Position numbers and translations under genes: made by a program
Source of the DNA: a virus
DNA length: 64,000 nt
IMG/VR virus record: IMGVR_UViG_3300049215_000686
Location: 64,001 to 128,000 of that record
Reading direction: 5' to 3' (one strand)
Notes under the pieces: generated by a model
What the model was told of the DNA's origin: nothing
Seen by the model: only the letters and a program-made list of their open reading frames with translations
The model's database searches: none
Part shown: piece by piece, positions 56,905 to 64,000 of the stretch
Numbering within the stretch: the first letter of the stretch is position 1
Layout of the letters: every line of letters starts with the position of its first letter

Positions 56905-58191
56905 GGCGAATACCATAAGCCTAATTGGAGAATTATCGCACAGGCCGCTTTTTGCGAATTAGATCCGAAATTGGCGCTTCGAGTTTTAAGACTCGCAAAT
57001 TCCAAACGCTCAATCGGATCTCGTAGAGAAGGAACTCATTTTTCTCGCCATCTTAAGACGGCTGCTAAAAAATACCTTCGTTACCGAGAAAGTAACCCTA
57101 AGATGCTTGAGGGTATTAAAAAGGCTGGATTGGGCAATACTCTGAAATCTATGTATCAAATTGCTCGAATCGCTCCGTCGATTGAGGCGGTTCAGATCTT
57201 ACGATGGAAACAAAAGCCGGGGTTTCCGGGCGCGAATATTAAGATCGAAAAATCAAAAATGTTCGATTTTTCTGGTCTGAGCGATCTTGATATCGCCTAC
57301 AAAATCAGAAACGAAAGACTTAAGCCTCAGGCAGTTCTTGGGGCGCTTTCTGATAAAATTTCACCCTGTATTGCTGCCGCTATTTTAGAACAATGTTCAG
57401 GAGATCAGGCGGTTGTTTTGACTTCTCTTTTTGAGGAACAAGGACTGCTTAAGAATAAAGATTTCAGAGAAGAATATGAACTCAAAATTAAGACAGCAAA
57501 ACAGGCGCTCGATCGCGTGGAGCGTATCAAACAAGAACTTGATGAAACGACCAAGCAAATGCTTCGAGATGCTAAAGCCCATGTCCGTAAAGAACAGGTC
57601 GGAGACATTGGAAAGATCTTTGTTCATTTGGATATTTCTGGATCCATGACCCAGGCGATCGATATTGCCAAAAACAAAGGGTCCATTATTGCTGAGTGCG
57701 TCAAAAAGCCTCAGGAAAACTTCCATTGGGGCGTCTTCAACAATCAGGGTGGAGTATTGAAACGTCCTGAGAAATTCACTAAAGATGCCTTCATAGCGGC
57801 TCTTTATGGAGTTCGTCCAGGGGGAGGCACCAACTGCTTAGCGCTTTTCCAATACGCGCGCCAGGAGGGCTGCGATACCGACATTTACATCACTGATGGA
57901 TATCATACAGATGGAGATGTGGCCTCTCTGCTTCGAGGTTTTCAATCAAAGGGGATCGCCTTTCCCAAACAAGTCGTCATCATTAAATGCGGAAATTACG
58001 CACCATACTTGGAAAATGGGTTTAAGACGGTCGGTATTCCGGTATCCACCATCAATGAAAGCCAACTTACTGAAAGCGCTCTTGTAACACAGGCAGTCAA
58101 GACTGCGGTCAAAGGGGCTCAAGCAGTGATTGATGAGATCTTGGCCACACCACTCTTGTCCCCTCCGAAATGGTGGGAAGTGGTGAAATAA
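56905..58191 (+). CDS. Ro60/TROVE-like vWA protein, 5'-truncated
   Basis: Helical domain plus VHLDISGSM, GGT, ITDG vWA; followed by Y RNA-like array; 5' end abuts the kinase fragment. Confidence 0.7.
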   Translation, partial: GEYHKPNWRIIAQAAFCELDPKLALRVLRLANSKRSIGSRREGTHFSRHLKTAAKKYLRYRESNPKMLEGIKKAGLGNTLKSMYQIARIAPSIEAVQILRWKQKPGFPGANIKIEKSKMFDFSGLSDLDIAYKIRNERLKPQAVLGALSDKISPCIAAAILEQCSGDQAVVLTSLFEEQGLLKNKDFREEYELKIKTAKQALDRVERIKQELDETTKQMLRDAKAHVRKEQVGDIGKIFVHLDISGSMTQAIDIAKNKGSIIAECVKKPQENFHWGVFNNQGGVLKRPEKFTKDAFIAALYGVRPGGGTNCLALFQYARQEGCDTDIYITDGYHTDGDVASLLRGFQSKGIAFPKQVVIIKCGNYAPYLENGFKTVGIPVSTINESQLTESALVTQAVKTAVKGAQAVIDEILATPLLSPPKWWEVVK

Positions 58192-58206
58192 AAATACACA
58201 GGGTTA

Positions 58207-58235
58207 TTGTACAATCTAGGTGAGAAAGGTATATT
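58207..58235 (+). promoter_or_regulatory. promoter for the ncRNA array
   Basis: TTGTAC-17 nt-TATATT. Confidence 0.7.
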
Positions 58236-58282
58236 AACAGTAAGGAAGTTCCTAAAATTTTAGAAGTATCGATCTTTGAAAA

Positions 58283-58473
58283 TTTGAGAGTTCCCCAGGT
58301 TATTGCTTACAAGCCGCTCCCGCAAGGGAGCAAAAGTTGGTTCGACTCCAACTTCCCCCACCTTAGCCCTCGACTCGTTCGAGGATTAAATTGGGGGAAA
58401 CGCCGTGTGGACGGCAACTGTCATTATCAGACAGAGTGAAAACTCGAAAGCAGCGGCCACTCGAACTCTCAAA
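58283..58473 (+). ncRNA. Y RNA-like 1 (YrlA-type) with permuted tRNA domain
   Basis: Terminal stem GAGAGTTC/GAACTCTC; CTTACAAGC; T-arm GTTGG-TTCGACT-CCAAC, closed acceptor, D-like and anticodon-like arms. Confidence 0.75.
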
Positions 58474-58479
58474 CAATTT

Positions 58480-58621
58480 TGGAAGTCCCCCAGATTTCAC
58501 TTACAAGCACGCTGGTTCGAATCCAGCCTTCTCCGGGGAAACTCGGGAGAGGTAGTCTAGTGGTTAAGACAATCGAATGTTAATCGATCAAAAACGAAAG
58601 TGATATCAACTTGGACTTCCA
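58480..58621 (+). ncRNA. Y RNA-like 2 with permuted tRNA-Asn-like domain
   Basis: GGAAGTCC/GGACTTCC; CTTACAAGC; GCTGG-TTCGAAT-CCAGC; TAGTCTAGTGGTTAAGAC D-arm; ATCGA-ATGTTAA-TCGAT. Confidence 0.8.
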
Positions 58622-58625
58622 TACA

Positions 58626-58721
58626 AGTTTGCCCGTCCCCTCTAATGACGCTTACAAGCAATCGTCCAATGGTAGGACATCTGTCACAAAAAAAAAGCGT
58701 TATTGACTTGGACGGGCAACT
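58626..58721 (+). ncRNA. Y RNA-like 3 (minimal)
   Basis: TGCCCGTCC/GGACGGGCA; CTTACAAGC; single D-arm-like hairpin. Confidence 0.7.
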
Positions 58722-58736
58722 CAAATTTAATCAGTT

Positions 58737-58856
58737 TGGGCGCTCCACCGCGAGTTACTTACAAGCAAATTTGGGGTCGTACCCCAGATCCCCGCCAATT
58801 TCGGGGATCTTCCTGCGAGGGAAATTGAATGAAAGTAATCTGCACTTGAGCGCCCA
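58737..58856 (+). ncRNA. Y RNA-like 4
   Basis: TGGGCGCTC/GAGCGCCCA; CTTACAAGC; three internal hairpins. Confidence 0.7.
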
Positions 58857-58877
58857 TATTTTTATGGAGAAACAAAA

Positions 58878-59189
58878 GTGGAAGAAGGAACTTTCGCAGT
58901 TATTGACGACAAATATTATGGCCCGGCTCAAGGCTTTGGCTCTTGGTTTTATTCAAAAGAAAAAGTCCCTTACGGAACCGTCCGCTGTATCCGAGGGATT
59001 CTTTTTTACGCTTATTCGATTTACGAAGAAGATCTTTGGTGGCTTCGTTCAAGAACTCACTGGATTCCAGTTGACGACAATTTAAATATACCAGAAAATT
59101 GGGAACACTTTTGGAATAGAGCCCTGCATGGAGCGACAACGATCCGGTTATGCTCGACTTTGAAAAACTTGCCAAACCCAGAAAAGTAA
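58878..59189 (+). CDS. hypothetical protein
   Basis: GTG start with SD GGAG. Confidence 0.5.
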   Translation: MEEGTFAVIDDKYYGPAQGFGSWFYSKEKVPYGTVRCIRGILFYAYSIYEEDLWWLRSRTHWIPVDDNLNIPENWEHFWNRALHGATTIRLCSTLKNLPNPEK

Positions 59190-59977
59190 TCGTCCCAGTT
59201 CGAGATCGTTCTTTTCTCTTTGAAAAAAGACGTTTTTCCTTACAAGCAGACGACGGCTGGCATCTCGTTGAAATCGAAAATCGATCCGCTAAGATGATCG
59301 AGCAAGTATCTGCCTCAAATCTCGATTATCCATCGATCCTGGGATATACCCACAACAATTCGATCATCTTTCAAAATTTTGATGTCGCTAAACGTAAATA
59401 CGGTTTAGGCCTCAACGCTCCTCTTTATTTCAACCGATCTTCTACTTTTGAACCGATTAAGGCGATCGTTTGGGAAGATCGACAAGTCTATTGGTGCGCG
59501 CCCAATTATGCGGATGCTAAAGCGCTTGAACTGAAAGATTTGGCCGAAAACAGCCAAGACATTAATGGCCAAATCGGCATTACTCCGGAACTGAGAACCA
59601 CTTATCTTTTTCACGCGATTGAGAAAGAAAGCCTAAGAAAAATTCTCCAAGAAACTAAACAAAAAGAAGAACTCGATCGTTTAATGGCTTCGATTCCCGG
59701 AAGGCTTAAAGTCACCTTTGATCGCGTGGGTGCGGAACTTGTGAATTATTCTTTGAGTGGAGATCGAATTGTTGTTGACTGGAAAATTAAGGGCTCCTAT
59801 ACTGAATACAATTCAATTATTGATTCTCGGACGTGGATGGTAGTTGAGGCTGGCTATTGCATGAGCGGAGATGACCGCAGGCATAATGTCACCTCACTCG
59901 TAAAAACCGCCCAAGAATACGAAGAAAGACGAGTGACTTTTATCACTCGAAGAAACGAAGATGATAACTGGGACTAA
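59150..59977 (+). CDS. uncharacterised protein upstream of JAB/E1 (AGYCMSGDD motif)
   Basis: 275-aa ORF. Confidence 0.7.
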   Translation: MLDFEKLAKPRKVIVPVRDRSFLFEKRRFSLQADDGWHLVEIENRSAKMIEQVSASNLDYPSILGYTHNNSIIFQNFDVAKRKYGLGLNAPLYFNRSSTFEPIKAIVWEDRQVYWCAPNYADAKALELKDLAENSQDINGQIGITPELRTTYLFHAIEKESLRKILQETKQKEELDRLMASIPGRLKVTFDRVGAELVNYSLSGDRIVVDWKIKGSYTEYNSIIDSRTWMVVEAGYCMSGDDRRHNVTSLVKTAQEYEERRVTFITRRNEDDNWD

Positions 59978-59985
59978 GGGGAAAA

Positions 59986-60243
59986 ATGATCAAGACACCA
60001 CATTTTTTTGCAGTCGTGAAGATGAAGGGTAGTTCTCAGCCATTAATTATGCGCGCGAAGACCTTGAAAGGACTCCAAAGGAGTGTCCGCGAATTCAATC
60101 AAAGCGAAACGGGCAAACGTTGGCCGATTAATCGCGTATTAACCGTTTTTCATGCAAATGGTCTTGAACTTTACTTCAACGATGTTGTCGATTTAAGGAA
60201 GACTCGCACTTATGGTAAAATTAAAAGATCTCAATCTGCTTGA
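59986..60243 (+). CDS. hypothetical protein
   Basis: ORF track. Confidence 0.5.
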   Translation: MIKTPHFFAVVKMKGSSQPLIMRAKTLKGLQRSVREFNQSETGKRWPINRVLTVFHANGLELYFNDVVDLRKTRTYGKIKRSQSA

Positions 60244-60796
60244 GATCGGTAACACGATCCAATTAACCGGTGCAATTTATTCGGGAAATGGCAAACACTT
60301 TCTTTGCTTTTTCCCGGATGAAAGCCCGGATTCCTTACCTTCGGATATCCTTCACATGACACGCGATGAATGGGAAACCTTCATACGCCAGACGGATCTA
60401 CTTGAAACTGAGATCATCGCCGAGCATCCTGAAAATAAACAAATGATCAAAGCGGTAATTCGCAAATCTCAACGTCAAATCGATCAAAATATCTCTTGGC
60501 AGGTTTATCGAAGGGATGGTTATCGATGCCGTTATTGCGGGAAAGATGACGTTCCTTTGACCGTCGATCATGTTGTTCTTTGGGAATCAGGCGGACCGTC
60601 GATTGAGTCCAACTTGATCTCTGCTTGCAAAAAATGCAACAGAACAAGAGGGAATACTGAATATTCCGAATGGCTGAAAAGTGATTATTACCGACGTGTT
60701 TCTCAAAACCTAGAGGAGCACACACGAGAAGGCAATCGAGAAGTTGTTCATTCCTTAGCGATGATCCCAAGGGTGGTCCATAAGAGGAATCGCTAA
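60212..60796 (+). CDS. HNH nuclease domain protein
   Basis: RDGYRCRYCG..LTVDHV...GG...NL..ACKKCN. Confidence 0.88.
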   Translation: MVKLKDLNLLEIGNTIQLTGAIYSGNGKHFLCFFPDESPDSLPSDILHMTRDEWETFIRQTDLLETEIIAEHPENKQMIKAVIRKSQRQIDQNISWQVYRRDGYRCRYCGKDDVPLTVDHVVLWESGGPSIESNLISACKKCNRTRGNTEYSEWLKSDYYRRVSQNLEEHTREGNREVVHSLAMIPRVVHKRNR

Positions 60797-61263
60797 TGCT
60801 TGAATCTTCGATGGTTCAATATGGTGGCAAAATTATCTCGGTAAGTAAGGGGAAGCCTGCTTCCGTAGAGTTCGACTTTGAAGCAGTTTGGCGCTTTAAG
60901 AAAGTTCTCGGGCACCGATTCGATCCATGCCTCTTAAGATGGATCCACGTTCATCCTACAGGCTTTGGGATTCTTCCCTCTCCCCAGGATGAACTTTGCG
61001 CCGAGGGGCTAGCAGCCGCCTTTAAATCATGCGAAAATTTTGTAATCCTTCGTTTTTTTAATCCTGGGTTTCAAGATATTTTCGGAGATCTGGCTATTTA
61101 CCGTTGGGATCTGAAAAAACTGGTTCTTACCGAGACTTCATCCGTTGAATTCGGATTATTTAAACGATATGCTTATATCTTAAAAACTCTTTCCTATGGT
61201 GATTTATGGACATCAGGCTCTATGGACTCGGAGCGATTGGGAGCAATCTCCTTGTCCAGTTAG
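60796..61263 (+). CDS. JAB/MPN+ metallopeptidase
   Basis: N-terminal E plus HVHP....LPSPQD JAMM motif. Confidence 0.8.
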   Translation: MLESSMVQYGGKIISVSKGKPASVEFDFEAVWRFKKVLGHRFDPCLLRWIHVHPTGFGILPSPQDELCAEGLAAAFKSCENFVILRFFNPGFQDIFGDLAIYRWDLKKLVLTETSSVEFGLFKRYAYILKTLSYGDLWTSGSMDSERLGAISLSS

Positions 61264-61790
61264 CAAAACAATTCCCCGATGCCAATTTCTACGGTATCGA
61301 TTTCGATAAAATCGAAGAACGAAACATCCGCACTCAAGCATACTTTCTGGAGCACGTGGGTCTCTATAAGGCCGATGCAATGCGAGTTATTTTGGGTCGG
61401 TATTTAAGAAAGCCCAAATATACTGCCGTCAAAACAAAGGTAGAAGGTTCTGTTTATATGGGAGTTCATGGTCCCGAAGGACTGGATGCCCATCTTGGGA
61501 TTGACTGTTTTGATAATACAAAATCTAGAAAACTTTTTCAAAATTCAGGACATGTTTTTCATGTTGGATTTTCCCCAGAATATTCAGCGGAAGGCATCTG
61601 GCACAATAAAGATTATGAAGTAGCAAACGACGTTGATCCGACAAAAAATGACATTTGTTCAATGACCGATGCCGTTCCTTTTATCCATTTTGTGGTGAAT
61701 TTAGCGGCGCTCAACATCGCCCGCTGGATTCAAACTAAAGAAAAACGAGACTTTTTAGTGACCGGCAAGCACAAGGTGAAATGGCTGTGA
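61206..61790 (+). CDS. ThiF/E1-like adenylyltransferase (minimal)
   Basis: GLGAIGS, DFDKIEERNI.TQ, KA, DCFDN..SR, DIC. Confidence 0.88.
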   Translation: MDIRLYGLGAIGSNLLVQLAKQFPDANFYGIDFDKIEERNIRTQAYFLEHVGLYKADAMRVILGRYLRKPKYTAVKTKVEGSVYMGVHGPEGLDAHLGIDCFDNTKSRKLFQNSGHVFHVGFSPEYSAEGIWHNKDYEVANDVDPTKNDICSMTDAVPFIHFVVNLAALNIARWIQTKEKRDFLVTGKHKVKWL

Positions 61791-62047
61791 TGTCGAATGA
61801 TTCCGCCCTGGAATCCGACCCTTTTATCAAAAGGCGATTCAAAGTAGGCGATAGGGTCGTACCTAAAGGTTGGACCCAGGTTATTTTTGAAATTAAGACT
61901 GTTCTGGAAGGATTGGCTATGCCTTACGAACTCAAACCGCTCTTTACAGGAAAAACCGGAACCCTTCGTGCAAACGAAGAAGAAATGCGTCTTGCTACTT
62001 CCGAGGAAATTGCAGCAGCGATAGGAAGGCGGTTAATCTCCAGTTGA
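61781..62047 (+). CDS. hypothetical protein (SH3-like)
   Basis: RFKVGDRV motif. Confidence 0.55.
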   Translation: MAVMSNDSALESDPFIKRRFKVGDRVVPKGWTQVIFEIKTVLEGLAMPYELKPLFTGKTGTLRANEEEMRLATSEEIAAAIGRRLISS

Positions 62048-62102
62048 GCCAAATGCGCCTGAACCTCGGCTAGTTTCGGCTAATTTTTCTACCTCCCTGA
62101 AC

Positions 62103-63626
62103 TCATTTCTGGGTTAAAAAATACCCTTGTTCCCAAGTCTGCCATGGAAAATACTTTGGAAGTTTTCCAAGTTCCGAAGCCTGGATTTTTGAATATTGAG
62201 CATATTGTCTCAAAAGTGCTTGTTGCTGAAGCGTCTTTCTCACGGCTGGATCAGGACAAAATGCAGCATACTGCGTCACATAGAGTGGAGTGCTGTTCCC
62301 TCCTGGAGCGAGGAACATTGAAGTCTGAGGTGTCGAAGGCACAAGGTAATAAGGAACAATGAGGTTGTAATTGGCACCTTGGGGATCGTAGAACGGATAA
62401 CCCACATAAGATAGCCATGCTTTATCAATGGTTAAACTCTGCTGAGCCAATGCAGGCTGATTTAAAACCCTTGCTGCGACATTCAGAGCATGAGTCAGCA
62501 TCATGTCTTGGTAAAGGCCTACGCCGTTGAAATGCTTAATGGTGTAAGAATTCGTATTATAGACCATCGGAGTCGTCGCACCAGGAGCGTAATAATTGGC
62601 GTTTTGCGGGAATAAAATCCTCAGATCTTGTCCGGCAGGAAGACCAGTGACACTCATTCCGTCACCCTGGTAAAAGTACATGGTGGTAAAGCCATTAACG
62701 ACCTTTGCTCCCGAGAGCCCTGCCAAAAACTCTTGGATCTTAGGCATCACATCAGCCGCTCGGATACCGATTTTTTCCATATAATATGTAAGCCCCATCA
62801 GACAGCGGGCGGTGACGCGAGTCTCTGTAAATGGGTTGCCTTTAATCTTTTGCTCAATGAAATCGATGATTCGATTAATTGCATCGAGTGTCGGCTGATC
62901 CTGATGGTCGACATACCAATCCACCAAGCCCATGAGATAGACATGCTCGGGCTCGATTACATTGTTTCCGCCTGCTTGCCAGTTGGAATAGGTGTTCACC
63001 ATGAAATTCCACCAACTTTGCGCTTGCTGCATGAAGGGTGCGTATCCGGTTCGCTTATACAGACGGTAGTAATTTCGAAGATTGTCAGATTCGGTGCCCC
63101 AAAGCACGTTCGTTGTCGTTGGATCGACCGGTTGATACACGAATTTCGTATAACTATTACGAAGATCCGTAAGCGTTACATTGAACCCCAAAGAGTTGAT
63201 CCAGGCCACTTCGTCCGTTTCGCTCATCCAAGAATTGCTCGCGGGATATGTGAGGGTTACCGGAATGGGTGATGAAGAAGGACTAGGTGAGGGAATGGGA
63301 CTTGGGCTTATTGAGGGACTTGGCGAAGGAGAGGCCGAAGGCACCGGAGAAGGCATTACTGATGGCGAAGGAGACGGCTTAGGGCTAGGTGAAGGTGAAG
63401 GAGTGGCCGTAGGTGATGGACTTGGAGTCGGGCTTACGCTGGGCGAAGCAGAGGGGCTAGGAGAGGGTTTGGGTGATGGTATTGGAGAAGGTGTGGGTGA
63501 CGGCGTAGGTGAAGGAGAAACACTCGGACAAGGCGAGGGCTTCGGTTTTGATGGTCCAAAAGTCTCTCCTGTATTGGGCGCACATGCGATCAGAATGGCT
63601 AAAAACGTTAAAACGTATTTTTTCAT
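62103..63626 (-). CDS. lipoprotein with Pro-Ser linker and helical (glycoside-hydrolase-like) domain
   Basis: MKKYVLTFLAILIAC lipobox; about 95-aa PS repeat; YYRLYKRTG-type helices. Confidence 0.75.
   Translation of the reverse strand: MKKYVLTFLAILIACAPNTGETFGPSKPKPSPCPSVSPSPTPSPTPSPIPSPKPSPSPSASPSVSPTPSPSPTATPSPSPSPKPSPSPSVMPSPVPSASPSPSPSISPSPIPSPSPSSSPIPVTLTYPASNSWMSETDEVAWINSLGFNVTLTDLRNSYTKFVYQPVDPTTTNVLWGTESDNLRNYYRLYKRTGYAPFMQQAQSWWNFMVNTYSNWQAGGNNVIEPEHVYLMGLVDWYVDHQDQPTLDAINRIIDFIEQKIKGNPFTETRVTARCLMGLTYYMEKIGIRAADVMPKIQEFLAGLSGAKVVNGFTTMYFYQGDGMSVTGLPAGQDLRILFPQNANYYAPGATTPMVYNTNSYTIKHFNGVGLYQDMMLTHALNVAARVLNQPALAQQSLTIDKAWLSYVGYPFYDPQGANYNLIVPYYLVPSTPQTSMFLAPGGNSTPLYVTQYAAFCPDPAVRKTLQQQALLRQYAQYSKIQASELGKLPKYFPWQTWEQGYFLTQK
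63262..63550 (-). repeat. (Pro-Ser)n coding repeat
   Basis: PSPSPTPSP... low-complexity tandem repeat. Confidence 0.85.
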
Positions 63627-63720
63627 AAATTTATCCTACGGTCATTGATTCTTTTCAGAGAAGATGTTCTCATTAAAATTATACAGTTTCGTATGATTGT
63701 CTTATGAGGGCGCTTTTTTC

Positions 63721-64000
63721 ATGAAGAAGATTGCAGCGATTGGTGATGTCCACGCGTGTATTGAAGAATTCGAACAACTTTTAAAACGCCTCGAATGGCT
63801 TTCTTTGGATGCGGTGTATCATCTTGGGGATTTAGTTGATCGTGGGCCGGACTCCGGCGCCGTTATCGCGATGTGTCGAGAAAAGGGCATCCGAGGAATT
63901 TTAGGCAATCACGAAGAAAGCATTCTCAAACACTACAAACGAGTGAGTGAGGGCGGAGAACCTCCGCAAAATGAGGATAAAAAAAGAACGCTTTCACAAC
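63721..64000 (+). CDS. metallophosphoesterase (PPP/ApaH-like), partial
   Basis: IGDVH, LGDLVDRGPDS, GNHE; runs off the window. Confidence 0.9.
   Translation, partial: MKKIAAIGDVHACIEEFEQLLKRLEWLSLDAVYHLGDLVDRGPDSGAVIAMCREKGIRGILGNHEESILKHYKRVSEGGEPPQNEDKKRTLSQ

Noticed and set aside
53583-56924. TTTAAGTC or GCCTAA short repeats as target-site duplications of the insert
   Set aside because: Too short, one lies in kinase coding sequence, and excision would not restore an intact gene.
56728-57005. N-terminal extensions of the 487-aa vWA ORF and the 186-aa kinase ORF
   Set aside because: Each is the antisense of the other gene across the junction near 56900.
58283-58856. CRISPR array
   Set aside because: Only a 9-nt shared motif, irregular spacing, each unit folds as a closed RNA, and no cas genes.
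58600-59085. 161-aa ORF
   Set aside because: Overlaps the structured RNA units; no recognisable protein features.
62628-63648. Plus-strand ORFs including a (GEG)n protein
   Set aside because: Antisense shadow of the Pro-Ser lipoprotein.

Overview
This window is a 64-kb segment of a large dsDNA tailed phage genome using the standard genetic code. Genes run mainly on the minus strand from 1 to about 51.1 kb and on the plus strand after that. It contains a replication/recombination module (SbcC/D-like, DnaB-like helicase, primase, DnaE, RecA, UvsY-like, SSB, RuvC-like) and an SPO1/Twort-type head module (terminase, portal, MuF-like, prohead protease, scaffold, major capsid). It also carries NAD salvage genes (NadV + NadM-Nudix), a GroEL, glycan-modification enzymes, homing endonucleases, 13 tRNAs and a tmRNA. 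The main result is that the tRNAs form two operons, each headed by an unannotated leader-peptide attenuator (short ORF, antiterminator, intrinsic terminator) whose codons match the tRNAs behind it. MSKFITNTITGTGTDGDTNLPGVIV precedes Asp/Gly/Gly/Thr/Thr/Thr, and MNKNYFAYNFKNNATNWVARGVKSFL precedes Asn/Lys/Lys/Tyr/Ala/Phe/Trp. This suggests the phage senses depletion of specific tRNAs and expresses replacements on demand. A second locus has a 5'-truncated Ro60/TROVE-like vWA gene, four Y RNA-like ncRNAs (two with permuted tRNA domains), and JAB and ThiF/E1 genes. Other items are a candidate ~390-nt structured RNA at the strand switch, orphan IS66 TnpA/TnpB-like genes and a foreign-looking 3.3-kb insert. 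All protein assignments come from motif recognition by eye; no database searches were run.
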